Shown: one piece after another, positions 19,061 through 28,535 of the stretch
How positions within the stretch are numbered: position 1 is the first letter of the stretch
Layout: each line of letters starts with the position of its first letter
Origin: Thermodesulfovibrionales bacterium
Lineage (GTDB): Bacteria; Nitrospirota; Thermodesulfovibrionia; Thermodesulfovibrionales; Dissulfurispiraceae
Assembly: GCA_026415415.1 (NCBI GenBank)
Contig: JAOAHE010000003.1
Location: 1,624-65,623 of the forward strand
Length of the DNA: 64,000 nucleotides
Direction: 5' to 3'
Position numbers and translations under genes: made by a program
The notes under the pieces: generated by a model
What the model was told of the DNA's origin: nothing
Seen by the model: only the letters and a program-made list of their open reading frames with translations
Database searches by the model: none

Positions 19061-20623
19061 ATGAGCAGGACATTGATGATACAGGGAACAGGTTCAGGAG
19101 TTGGTAAGAGCCTATTTGTTGCGGCGTTATGCAGATACTTTAATAATAAAGGGATTAATGTCTCACCCTTTAAGGCTCAGAACATGGCTCTGAACTCTTA
19201 CATAACCATAGACGGTGGTGAGATAGGCAGAGCACAGGCTCTTCAGGCAGAAGCTGCAAGGGTTCCTCCAATAATTGATATGAACCCTATTTTGTTGAAA
19301 GCATCAGGTGAGATGGGTGCACAGGTGATCATCCACGGTAAGCCAATCGGACATATGAAGCCCCGTCAATACTATGCTAATAAAAAAATGGCTTGGGAAG
19401 CTGTCAAGTCTTCCTTTAAAAGACTTTCAAGGAAGTATGATTTAATCATCATTGAAGGTGCTGGTAGCCCTGCTGAGATAAACCTCATGGATGCGGATAT
19501 AGTTAATATGGCAGTAGCTCGTTACTGTAAAGCACCAGTAATCCTTTTAGGAGACATAGACAAAGGAGGGGTCTTTGCTTCCTTTTATGGAACTATAAAA
19601 CTACTTGGCAGGCTTAGTAATTATATAAAAGCATTTGTTATTAATAAATTTAGAGGCGATCCAGAAATCTTAAATCCTGGACTAAAACTTATAGAAGAAA
19701 AGACAAAAAAACCTGTTATAGGGGTAGTACCATATTTACATCACATTGGACTGCCAGAGGAAGATAGCCTTTCACTGTCAAGAAACTATTTTTCGATTAA
19801 GCCAGTAAACACTGGTAAGAGCTATGAAAAGATAAAGATAGTAGTTGTAAGGCTAAAATACATGTCAAATTTTACCGATTTTGATCCTCTTTTTTATGAA
19901 CCTGATGTTGATATAAATTATTCTCAAAATCCAACAGACATTGAAAATGCTGATATGGTCATCATCCCTGGTACAAAAAGCACAATAAGGGATTTGCTTT
20001 TTTTGAGAGAATTAAAACTTGACGAAAGTATTAAAAGGGCCTTTAACAATGGTGTGTATATTATGGGCATGTGTGGTGGTTACCAAATATTAGGAAGAAA
20101 AATATTTGACCCTTTCTCAGTTGAAAGTAAAACTAAAGAAGTAGAAGGATTAGGTATCCTGGATATTGAAACTACTTTTCAGAAAACAAAGGTTACATCT
20201 CAGGTAAAAGCTGAGTTTAACGGGAGGAAGGGTGGTGAGATATTTCCTTTTCTACCACTTTTGGGGCAGGATAGCCAATCTCAAGAGTTAAGAGGGTATG
20301 AAATACATATGGGTGAAAGTACGGGGGACGTTGGACTTTTTAAGGTTAAAAGGATTTCAGAATGTCAGTTATCAGGTTCTAAAAAATTTTACCTTGATGG
20401 ATCACAAAACTCAAACTGCTGGGGTACGTATATTCACGGAATATTTGATAATGACTATTTTAGAAGGGGTGTTCTTAATTATATAAGAGAAATTAAAGGT
20501 CTATCACCTCTTCCTATTAATTTTAGTTATAGTCAATTAAAAGATGATGCAATAGAGAATCTATCTGAAAATATTTCTGAAAACATTGATATGGATTTCA
20601 TTGAGAGGCTTTTAAACTTATGA
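19061..20623 (+). CDS. cobQ: Cobyric acid synthase
   Basis: MIQGTGSGVGKS N-terminus and a C-terminal GATase1 domain (GMCGGYQILG). I start it at ATG 19061 (preceded by AGAGAGG) rather than the track start 18980, which adds a non-conserved 27-aa extension. Confidence 0.92.
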   Translation: MSRTLMIQGTGSGVGKSLFVAALCRYFNNKGINVSPFKAQNMALNSYITIDGGEIGRAQALQAEAARVPPIIDMNPILLKASGEMGAQVIIHGKPIGHMKPRQYYANKKMAWEAVKSSFKRLSRKYDLIIIEGAGSPAEINLMDADIVNMAVARYCKAPVILLGDIDKGGVFASFYGTIKLLGRLSNYIKAFVINKFRGDPEILNPGLKLIEEKTKKPVIGVVPYLHHIGLPEEDSLSLSRNYFSIKPVNTGKSYEKIKIVVVRLKYMSNFTDFDPLFYEPDVDINYSQNPTDIENADMVIIPGTKSTIRDLLFLRELKLDESIKRAFNNGVYIMGMCGGYQILGRKIFDPFSVESKTKEVEGLGILDIETTFQKTKVTSQVKAEFNGRKGGEIFPFLPLLGQDSQSQELRGYEIHMGESTGDVGLFKVKRISECQLSGSKKFYLDGSQNSNCWGTYIHGIFDNDYFRRGVLNYIREIKGLSPLPINFSYSQLKDDAIENLSENISENIDMDFIERLLNL

Positions 20624-21636
20624 GTAACTTGATCCCCTTTTCTCCCCTTACTTTGCCACCAGCTATTTTAATGATAGCTTTTATACTGGACTCGGTCATC
20701 GGTGATCCAAGATGGTTGCCACATCCTGTTAGAGCTTTTGGGAAAACTATAATCTTTTTTGAAAGAGGATTAAGAAGATTTTGTAAGACGCCTTTTGCTG
20801 AGAAATCGGCAGGTATCTTTTTAGTGCTCTCAATAGTAGTTCCTACTTTTTTCTTTACATATTTCTTTTTAGATTTTGCACGATCTATCACCTCTGGTTT
20901 ACTTATTTCTTTAACATCAATCTTAATAATTTATTTAACCTCTTCAACTATTGCGATTAAAGAACTAATAAGTTCAGCTAAATCAGTAATTGACGCTGTT
21001 GAAAGAGGCAATACTCAACTTGCAAGATATAAACTCAGTATGATAGTTGGTAGGGATACGGAAAACCTCTCCGTAGAAGATATATTAAAAGCTACTATAG
21101 AGACCCTTTCTGAAAATCTATCCGATGGGGTGATAGCACCACTTTTCTACTTAGCTATTGGCGGACTACCCTTTGCCCTTTCTTACAAAGCAATTAATAC
21201 TCTTGATTCTATGGTAGGTTATAGAAACCAAAGGTATATACACTTTGGGTGGGCATCAGCTCGCCTTGATGATATTGTAAACTATCTACCAGCAAGGATT
21301 AGTGGCTTTTTAATCATAATATCTACAGCTATTGTGTTTCGTTCTCTATCCATAGCACGTATAGCTTACCAGATTATGAGAAGAGATGGGAGCAATCATC
21401 TAAGCCCTAACAGTGGAATACCGGAGGCTGCTATAGCTGGCGGAGTAGGTGTTAGAATTGGCGGTCCTTCGTCTTATGGTGGGATTATCGTTAAAAAACC
21501 TTATATTGGTGAGGCAAGACATAATAACTATTTATCAGCATCTAAGATAGCTTTAAATATAGTTTGGCTTTCTTCAATGATAGGGGTTGCGTTGGCAACA
21601 ATATTTTTATACTTTTCATATTACAGTACTAAATAA
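20620..21636 (+). CDS. cbiB: Adenosylcobinamide-phosphate synthase
   Basis: Membrane ORF with GDPRWLPHPVRAFGK and SPNSGIPEAA motifs. 4-nt overlap with cobQ. Confidence 0.9.
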   Translation: MSNLIPFSPLTLPPAILMIAFILDSVIGDPRWLPHPVRAFGKTIIFFERGLRRFCKTPFAEKSAGIFLVLSIVVPTFFFTYFFLDFARSITSGLLISLTSILIIYLTSSTIAIKELISSAKSVIDAVERGNTQLARYKLSMIVGRDTENLSVEDILKATIETLSENLSDGVIAPLFYLAIGGLPFALSYKAINTLDSMVGYRNQRYIHFGWASARLDDIVNYLPARISGFLIIISTAIVFRSLSIARIAYQIMRRDGSNHLSPNSGIPEAAIAGGVGVRIGGPSSYGGIIVKKPYIGEARHNNYLSASKIALNIVWLSSMIGVALATIFLYFSYYSTK

Positions 21637-21639
21637 ACT

Positions 21640-22695
21640 ATGTCTGGACATGGTGGTAATATATATAGATTTGCAAAGGACAATAATTTATCAGAAAAAC
21701 AAGTTATTGATTTCAGTGCTTCAATAAATCCCTTAGGTATTCCTAAGTCAGTAATCTTGCAATTAAAAAAGATTGATAAGTCTTTTTATCACTACCCTGA
21801 CCCAGATACATTGACTCTTAAAGAGACTATCTCAAGATTTTATGAAATACCTTTAGAAGCAATAATATGTGGAAATGGTAGCACTGAGCTAATCTATCTA
21901 TGCGTAAGGGCACTTAAACCAAAGAAGGTTCTTATACCTGCTCCCACATTCTCTGAGTATGAAAGGGCATGCCTTCTTTTAGATGCCGATATTAAATATT
22001 TCTGGTTAAAGAAGGAAAATAATTTCAATCTTGACCCTGATGAGTATACCTCCCATATGACAGGATGCCAGATGGCTTTTATCTGTAACCCCAATAACCC
22101 AACAGGATGCCTGATTGACAGGAACGGACTCATTAAAATAGCAAATAGTGCAAAAGACCTTAGATGTTATCTCATCCTTGATGAAGCCTTTATAGATTTT
22201 GTTTCAGACTACTCTATTATCCATGAGGTTATGAATAACCCTTATTTAATCGTTCTTAGGTCTATGACTAAGTTCTACGCCCTTTCAGCCTTTAGGCTTG
22301 GGTTTGGTGTTTTTCATCCATCTATTTTAAGTCATATCCTACGATACAAAGAACCTTGGACTGTCAATACCTTAGCCCAGATTGCAGGAATTACTGCCCT
22401 TGAAGATCAAGAATACAAAGAAAAGACATACAAAGTAATCGCAGAGGGAAAGGCTTTCCTTGAAGAGGGCTTTAAAAGGCTCTCAATCAGATATATTCCT
22501 TCTTCTGTGAATTACTATCTTTTGGAAATTGAAAATGCTCATAGTATTATCTCGTCTCTTAAAAAGGCAAATATCATGGTCAGAGACTGCTCAAACTTTA
22601 AAGGGCTAAATGGCTCATATATAAGGGTTGCTGTGAAATCAGAAGAAGAAAACAAGCTACTTCTTAAGGAGTTAGCATTTCTATGCGCGGGGTAA
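21640..22695 (+). CDS. cobD: L-threonine-O-3-phosphate decarboxylase (aminotransferase class I/II fold)
   Basis: Begins MSGHGGNIY, CNPNNPTG, and PLP lysine in SMTKFYAL. Lies in the cob cluster. Confidence 0.85.
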   Translation: MSGHGGNIYRFAKDNNLSEKQVIDFSASINPLGIPKSVILQLKKIDKSFYHYPDPDTLTLKETISRFYEIPLEAIICGNGSTELIYLCVRALKPKKVLIPAPTFSEYERACLLLDADIKYFWLKKENNFNLDPDEYTSHMTGCQMAFICNPNNPTGCLIDRNGLIKIANSAKDLRCYLILDEAFIDFVSDYSIIHEVMNNPYLIVLRSMTKFYALSAFRLGFGVFHPSILSHILRYKEPWTVNTLAQIAGITALEDQEYKEKTYKVIAEGKAFLEEGFKRLSIRYIPSSVNYYLLEIENAHSIISSLKKANIMVRDCSNFKGLNGSYIRVAVKSEEENKLLLKELAFLCAG

Positions 22696-24050
22696 TCATA
22701 GCAGGCACCCATAGCGGCTGTGGTAAAACGACGGTTACCTTAGGGATTATGGCAGCTCTAAAAGCCATGGGTCTTAAGGTTCAACCATTTAAGTGTGGAC
22801 CAGATTTTATAGATGCTGGCATCCACAGACTGATTACTGAGCAGCCTTCAAGAAACCTTGATATATGGATGTGTGGTGAAGACTATGTGAAAAAATGCTT
22901 CTATAAGCATAGTATAAAAGCAGATATTTCCGTGATTGAAGGGGTAATGGGCATTTATGATGGCAGATACAGTACAGCATCCTTAGCAAAGATTCTTAAC
23001 TTACCTGTAATACTCGTTGTTGATGCATACGGGATGGCTGAAAGTGCAGGTGCACTTATAAAGGGCTATAGAGACTGGGCAGATGAGAAAGGGGTCAATC
23101 TCCGATGGATTATATTTAATCGTGTTGGCTCTGAGAGGCATTATATGAGATTGAAAAATAGCATAAGAGATGTACAGATAATTGGCTACCTTCCAAGAAG
23201 CCTTAATTTCAAGATACCTCAGAGACATTTAGGTCTTATGGTAGCTGAAGAGACCCCAATCCAAAGAGATGATATAAATAGGCTTTCAGAGGCTATCTTA
23301 AAAAACATTGAATTAAAAACCCTTATCTCAGAGAGTCTAATAAAGGCAAATATTTATGATAATCCACCTACTCAAGCAGCCCTTGAAGAGGCAAACTGTC
23401 AACCCCAGTTTAAGAGGGTGGCCGTTGCCTATGATAAATCCTTTTGTTTCTACTACGAAGACAATCTTGATACGCTCAGAAATGCCTATGCAGAGATAGT
23501 AAAATTCAGCCCCCTAACAGACTCAAGGCTACCCCTTAGCATTGATGCTGTCTATCTTGGTGGTGGTTACCCAGAACTATATGCAAAAGAACTATCTGAA
23601 AATAAGAGTATGCTTAAAGATATAAAGGAGTGGTCTTTATCTGGTATGCCCCTATATGCAGAGTGCGGGGGGTTAATGTATCTGTCAAAGGGTATCTATG
23701 ATCAAGATGGCATTTTTTTTGAGATGGCTGGGGTTTTTCCCTTTGAGACATCAATAAGTTTAAATAAGAGAGCATTTCTTGGCTATAGAGAGGCTACTCT
23801 CAAAGAAGACTCTTTGCTTGGCTACAGAGGTGAGACCTTAAGAGGTCATGAGTTTCACTACTCAGAGATAAATAATTTGATTAATTTTTCAGACTTAAAA
23901 AGGCTTTATTTAGTTAAAGATGGTGAAGGCTTAGCCTTAGATGATGAGGGTTATTCATACAAAAATACCCTTGCAAGCTATATACACCTACACTTTGGGA
24001 GTAGTCCTAATTTAGCATACAACCTTATAAATTTCACAAGGAGTGATTAA
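22683..24050 (+). CDS. cbiA: Cobyrinate a,c-diamide synthase
   Basis: IAGTHSGCGKTT N-terminus and a C-terminal amidotransferase domain with AECGGLMYL. 455 aa. Confidence 0.9.
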   Translation: MRGVIIAGTHSGCGKTTVTLGIMAALKAMGLKVQPFKCGPDFIDAGIHRLITEQPSRNLDIWMCGEDYVKKCFYKHSIKADISVIEGVMGIYDGRYSTASLAKILNLPVILVVDAYGMAESAGALIKGYRDWADEKGVNLRWIIFNRVGSERHYMRLKNSIRDVQIIGYLPRSLNFKIPQRHLGLMVAEETPIQRDDINRLSEAILKNIELKTLISESLIKANIYDNPPTQAALEEANCQPQFKRVAVAYDKSFCFYYEDNLDTLRNAYAEIVKFSPLTDSRLPLSIDAVYLGGGYPELYAKELSENKSMLKDIKEWSLSGMPLYAECGGLMYLSKGIYDQDGIFFEMAGVFPFETSISLNKRAFLGYREATLKEDSLLGYRGETLRGHEFHYSEINNLINFSDLKRLYLVKDGEGLALDDEGYSYKNTLASYIHLHFGSSPNLAYNLINFTRSD

Positions 24051-24053
24051 TCA

Positions 24054-25061
24054 ATGTATAACAATAAAGACAGAATTTTACTAATTGGTCACGGAAGCCC
24101 AAAAAAAGAGGCTAATAATATAGAAGCGATAGGAAACCTACTTCATAAAACTATCCATCCTGGATGTAGAGGTGATTGTGTTAAGGTAGCCTATCTTCAG
24201 TTTGTTGAACCTGACCTTATGACAGCTCTTAGGGACTGTATCAATGGTGGCGTTGAAAGGGTAATAATACATCCCTTTTTCTTAAGCTCAGGTATGCATG
24301 TTACAAAAGACATTCCAGAATTAATTAATGAGGCAAGAAACTTATACCCCGATGTGAAATTTTACTACTCAGAACCTCTCGGTATCCATGAGAAACTTGT
24401 AGAGATAATCCTTGACAGGGTCAACTCAATTGATGGTCTTAAGGGTGCAGAGATAGAAAAAAGGAGTTTCAACATAATCTCTAAGGAAGATGACTTTACA
24501 GGTATTCCTGATGAGCAACTGCCAATCATCAAAAGGGTTATCCATGCAACCGCTGATTTTGAGTTTAAGAGGACCTTAATCTTTCATCCTGAGGCAATTA
24601 AAACAGGGATTCAGGCAATCAGGGCAGGCAAAGACATACTTACCGATGTGGAGATGGTAAGGACAGGTATAAACAAAAGGCTTTTAAGTCAATGGGGTGG
24701 AAAGGTCATCTGTAATATCCAAAATTTAGAAGATGATGAGCATACCAACAAAACCCGTGCAGAAAGGGGCATAGAAGAGGCATTAAGGGGTGAAAATAAT
24801 ATTGGAATTATTGCCATCGGTAATGCACCTACAGCGCTTCTTAAGGCAGTGGAGATCTTAAACCAGAATGCCTCAGCCTTTAGCCTTAAGCCTATTCTTC
24901 TTATTGGTGTCCCCGTAGGCTTTGTAAATGCTGTTGAGTCAAAGACTTTGCTTTCTACCCAAAGATTCCCTTTTATAACAAATCTTAGCCGCAAAGGGGG
25001 CACACCTGTAGCGGTAGCTATAGTAAATGCCCTATTAAAAATGGCAAAGGAGGAGAAATGA
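24054..25061 (+). CDS. Fusion protein: small sirohydrochlorin cobaltochelatase (CbiX) plus precorrin-8X methylmutase (CbiC)
   Basis: The N-terminal ~125 aa carry LLIGHGS and HPFFLSSGMHV (CbiX-small). The C-terminal ~200 aa carry VIHATADFEF, IGNAPTAL, GVPVGFVNAVESK (CbiC/CobH). Confidence 0.8.
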   Translation: MYNNKDRILLIGHGSPKKEANNIEAIGNLLHKTIHPGCRGDCVKVAYLQFVEPDLMTALRDCINGGVERVIIHPFFLSSGMHVTKDIPELINEARNLYPDVKFYYSEPLGIHEKLVEIILDRVNSIDGLKGAEIEKRSFNIISKEDDFTGIPDEQLPIIKRVIHATADFEFKRTLIFHPEAIKTGIQAIRAGKDILTDVEMVRTGINKRLLSQWGGKVICNIQNLEDDEHTNKTRAERGIEEALRGENNIGIIAIGNAPTALLKAVEILNQNASAFSLKPILLIGVPVGFVNAVESKTLLSTQRFPFITNLSRKGGTPVAVAIVNALLKMAKEEK

Positions 25062-25831
25062 ATTCAAGATTCAAGATTCAAAATTCAAAATTAATTATTC
25101 TAATTTTAGTAATGATCTACTTTTCCCTATTTACCCTATCTGATGCCTATGCAATGCACCTTGCAGAAGGGATACTGCCTTTTACATGGTCATTAATATG
25201 GTGGGCTTTAGCAATCCCTTTTATTGGATATGGGATATGGAGACTTAAGGTCCTCTCAAAGGACGATCTATCCTTTAAACCCCTTGTAGGACTCCTTGCT
25301 GCAGTAGTCTTTATAATCTCTTGCATGCCCGTGCCAGTCCCCACAGCAGGAACTTGCTCACACCCAGCTGGCACTGGAATTACAGCTATAATACTCGGTC
25401 CCGCAATAAGTGCCCTTGTTGCCTCGGTAGCTCTTTTTATCCAGGCTCTCTTTCTTGCCCACGGTGGATTATCTACACTCGGTGCAAACATAGTATCTAT
25501 GGGAGTAATGGGCTCACTGGCAGGTTTTATAATCTTTAAGATACTAAGATCATTAAGGCTGAACCTTATGATCTCAGGCTTTTTTGCAGGACTCCTTGCT
25601 GATTGGGCAACCTATCTTATGACATCTGTAGAGCTTGCCCTTGGGATAAGAGGTGATGCCCCATTTCTACCACTTCTTACACAGATAATAGTAGCCTTTG
25701 CACCAACCCAGATACCACTGGGTATCTTAGAAGGGTTTATGACATCAGGGGTGGTTATGCTCCTTTATAAAAAGAGACCTGATTTACTTATGAAAATGAT
25801 GGTGATAAAGCCCTCGGAGGTTAAAGGATGA
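25058..25831 (+). CDS. cbiM: ECF-type cobalt transporter substrate-capture subunit CbiM, with N-terminal signal peptide
   Basis: The strong SD AAGGAGGAG precedes ATG 25058. A 32-aa hydrophobic leader ends in AYA, followed by the canonical mature start MHLAEGILP. Polytopic membrane protein. Confidence 0.9.
   Translation: MNSRFKIQNSKLIILILVMIYFSLFTLSDAYAMHLAEGILPFTWSLIWWALAIPFIGYGIWRLKVLSKDDLSFKPLVGLLAAVVFIISCMPVPVPTAGTCSHPAGTGITAIILGPAISALVASVALFIQALFLAHGGLSTLGANIVSMGVMGSLAGFIIFKILRSLRLNLMISGFFAGLLADWATYLMTSVELALGIRGDAPFLPLLTQIIVAFAPTQIPLGILEGFMTSGVVMLLYKKRPDLLMKMMVIKPSEVKG
25062..25089 (+). repeat. Four tandem heptanucleotide units ATTCAAR inside the first codons of cbiM
   Basis: attcaag attcaag attcaaa attcaaa, read directly from the sequence, with a fifth degenerate unit attaatt. 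Confidence 0.85.
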
Positions 25832-26151
25832 AAGCAACTGGAAAATACAAAATCTTTTATTTATTTCTTATTGTTTTTGCATTCTCTATTTATTTTTCCC
25901 TACCTACTGACCTTACTGCCTCTGAAAAGTGGGCAGGGGTGGATGAGTCAGTCATTGAAAAATTCGCCAAAGAGTTTGGCATAGAGCCTAAGGAACCATT
26001 GATTAATACTGATCAGGGAGACTTACTCCTCTTTGTTTTTTTACTAGCAGGGGTGGTTGGTGGTTTCATCGCTGGCTACTACTGGAGAGAGCTTATTGAT
26101 TACAAAGACAGAAAGGCTGAAAAGGTATTAGTAGGGAGTAAAAAAACCTAA
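25828..26151 (+). CDS. cbiN: Cobalt transport protein CbiN-like (small two-TM subunit)
   Basis: 107 aa, two TM segments, positioned between cbiM and cbiQ with a 4-nt overlap. The call rests mainly on size, topology and synteny. Confidence 0.7.
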   Translation: MKATGKYKIFYLFLIVFAFSIYFSLPTDLTASEKWAGVDESVIEKFAKEFGIEPKEPLINTDQGDLLLFVFLLAGVVGGFIAGYYWRELIDYKDRKAEKVLVGSKKT

Positions 26152-26153
26152 GT

Positions 26154-26906
26154 ATGGAATTTTTTACCGAACAATTCAGAAAGAGGCATTTTCTCATAGA
26201 GGTTGACCCAAGGGTAAAGATAGTAGCCTCTGTATTTACCTTACTTTTGGTAATCAGCTATGAAGGCTTTCTCTTTCCTCTCATCATTATCGCTGGCTGC
26301 ACCCTTTTATGCCTTAAGATGAAAGTGCCTTTCAAGGTCTTTATCATTAGGTATTCAGAGCCTGCCTTTATTGCCATAGTTTTAATATTGCTTAAACTAT
26401 TTTTATCAGGCAGTGAAGTCCTTTTTACACTGGATATGAATATATTTACTTTAACAGGCTATCAGGATGGCCTCCTAAATGGCTTAATGCTTGCTTCAAG
26501 GATTATGGCTGCTGTCTCTGTAATCATAGTGCTTGGTTTTTCAACCCCCTTTACGGCAATAATGGCAGGGCTTTCTTGGTTCAAGGTGCCTAAGACACTG
26601 ATTGAGATAACTATGTTTGCTTATAGATACATATTTGTCCTTTTAGAAGACGCAATGGTTATATATAATGCTCAGAAAAATCGCCTCGGCTATTCAAGTA
26701 TTACAAGGGGAATAAACTCTTTCTCAACACTCACTGGTTCTCTAATCCTAAAGGCATTTGAACATAGCCAGAAGACTACCATAGCTATGGTACAGCGAGG
26801 TTATGACGGTAACATTCCTTTTATTAAACACAAGCCCTTTAAACACTTAGAAATAGCAATCTCTGTCCTATTTATGATAACCCTTGGAGCCCTATGGAGG
26901 ATATAA
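26154..26906 (+). CDS. cbiQ: ECF transporter transmembrane (T) component CbiQ
   Basis: 250-aa polytopic ORF with a DPRVKI start region and ARG-type coupling helices (AQKNRLG, RGYDG). Synteny supports the call. Confidence 0.85.
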   Translation: MEFFTEQFRKRHFLIEVDPRVKIVASVFTLLLVISYEGFLFPLIIIAGCTLLCLKMKVPFKVFIIRYSEPAFIAIVLILLKLFLSGSEVLFTLDMNIFTLTGYQDGLLNGLMLASRIMAAVSVIIVLGFSTPFTAIMAGLSWFKVPKTLIEITMFAYRYIFVLLEDAMVIYNAQKNRLGYSSITRGINSFSTLTGSLILKAFEHSQKTTIAMVQRGYDGNIPFIKHKPFKHLEIAISVLFMITLGALWRI

Positions 26907-27742
26907 CCCGTCTATCGGTAAATCTCACATCATTTAAATATCCTGATGGCACCGTAGCACTATCTAATATATCTCTAAGGGTTAACAAGGGAGACTTTAT
27001 CGGTATTCTTGGTTCAAATGGCTCTGGCAAGACAACTCTCCTTAAGGTCATGGATGGACTGCTTAAGGACATTCAAGGTGAAGTCCACCTTGATGGTATT
27101 AACATTAAGAGGCTCTCACCTAAGGAAATCTATAAAAAAATGGGTCTAATTTTTCAAAACCCCGATGAACAACTATTTGCCCCTACAGTCTTTGAAGATG
27201 TAGCCTTTGGTCCTATGAATATGGGCTTGGATGAAAAAGAGGTTAGCCTTAGGGTTAATGAGGCATTAAGGGCAGTGGAGATGGATAGTTTTGCAGGAAA
27301 AGCTATCAATAGCTTAAGCTATGGACAGAAAAAAAGGGTCTGCATCGCTGGCCTACTGTCAATGGGACATGAGATACTGCTTCTTGATGAACCTACCGCA
27401 GGTTTAGACCCAATGGCTGAGTACAAGATGATGAATCTTTTGATGAATCTTAATAGAGAAAAGGGAGTAACAATCGTAATGGCAACCCATAGCGTTGAAC
27501 TTGTTCCCCTTTTTCTTAATAAACTCTATATCTTGAGCAAAGGCACTATTGTAAGAGGTGGCACACCTGAAGAGGTCTTTACAGCCCCTGAGGAGATGTC
27601 AAATGTTAAGCTAAGGCTGCCTGCGATAGCAGAGCTTATTTACAAGCTTAAACATGAAGATAAACTACCTTTTGATAAGATACCTTTAACTATTGGTGAG
27701 GCAAGAAGGGAGATTATAAAGATATATCAGACAGTCAAATGA
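26894..27742 (+). CDS. cbiO: ECF transporter ATPase CbiO
   Basis: Walker A GSNGSGKTT, signature LSYGQKKR, Walker B LLLDEPTAGLD. 282 aa. Confidence 0.9.
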   Translation: MEDITRLSVNLTSFKYPDGTVALSNISLRVNKGDFIGILGSNGSGKTTLLKVMDGLLKDIQGEVHLDGINIKRLSPKEIYKKMGLIFQNPDEQLFAPTVFEDVAFGPMNMGLDEKEVSLRVNEALRAVEMDSFAGKAINSLSYGQKKRVCIAGLLSMGHEILLLDEPTAGLDPMAEYKMMNLLMNLNREKGVTIVMATHSVELVPLFLNKLYILSKGTIVRGGTPEEVFTAPEEMSNVKLRLPAIAELIYKLKHEDKLPFDKIPLTIGEARREIIKIYQTVK

Positions 27743-28153
27743 TAGGCTTAGTTTATAGACTACCTTGATGAGACTATCTATTTTAGCTGTTACTCTTTAA
27801 TGATGAGATCTTTGAGCATGTAGAGATAAATAGCTAATTTCAAAAAGAGTTAGCTAAATAAGGGTTTAATATTTAATGGTCAGAGGGAAGAAGTAATAGC
27901 TGAGCCTTAAGTCCTTTTCATCTCATAGATTATGGTTAGCGGTATTATTACATTATAATCAACTATCTTTTTTTAAAATAGCTAACCTAAGTTTATTTTA
28001 TGAGTAAATAAAAATAGTGGTCTGAATAAAGAGGTAGATGATTTACAAGTTTAAAATAAAATTTAGATACTTACAGTGGGTAACTTTCAATCCTTTGACA
28101 AATTAAAAATTTTTAGATAGAGTTATTTTTTATAAAGTAATCATGAGGCTTTT

Positions 28154-28474
28154 ATGTACTTGATCTATTCAATATTAGCAATTGTATCAGAAGTAATTGC
28201 AACCTCTATACTTAAAATATTCGAAGGGTTCAGTCATTTAGGTTTATCCTTAATATTAATAGGGTATGCTTTGGCTTTTTATTTCTCCTCCCTCCCCCCT
28301 CAACTTAATCACAGTAGGTATAGCATATGCTATTTTGGTCTATGGTCGGTATAACTTATTATTGTTGGTTGGGTTTTTTATAGGCAAACGTTGTATTTAG
28401 CTGCAATAAGAGGTATTTGTCTAATTGTATGAGGAGTGGTTATTCTTAATCTGTCCTCAAAAGCCGCTTTATAA
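28154..28474 (+). pseudogene. Decayed SMR-family (EmrE/QacE-like) small multidrug transporter gene
   Basis: The first ~47 codons read as an SMR protein (SILAIVSEVIATSILK with the membrane Glu). The rest of the family sequence (ITVGIAYAI, WSMVGI..LGFFIGKR, LYLAAIRGICLIV*GVVILNL) is recovered only by hopping frames at least three times and through a TGA. The first break sits at a C-rich tract around 28285-28301. Confidence 0.7.
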
Positions 28475-28535
28475 TGATTATGTTTGTAAAACCTATTTTT
28501 TGATATAGATTTATCTGTGAAAAAAAACATAAGGG

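Noticed and set aside
24689-25491. Antisense ORFs of 104 aa and 114 aa (24689-25003 and 25147-25491, minus strand), together with a 72-aa same-strand alternate-frame ORF (25321-25539), all inside the cbiC half and cbiM.
   Set aside because: They lie within confidently assigned genes in the most GC-rich part of the window, where stop codons are rarer. No motifs or start signals are present. The same reasoning applies to 20598-20891, 39901-40224, 51104-51394, 54790-55134 and the other 60-100-aa shadow ORFs in the track.
27743-28153. Guanidine (ykkC / mini-ykkC) riboswitch upstream of the SMR gene remnant.
   Set aside because: No paired hairpins with ACGR loops and no ykkC-like core are visible, and the downstream gene is a pseudogene anyway.
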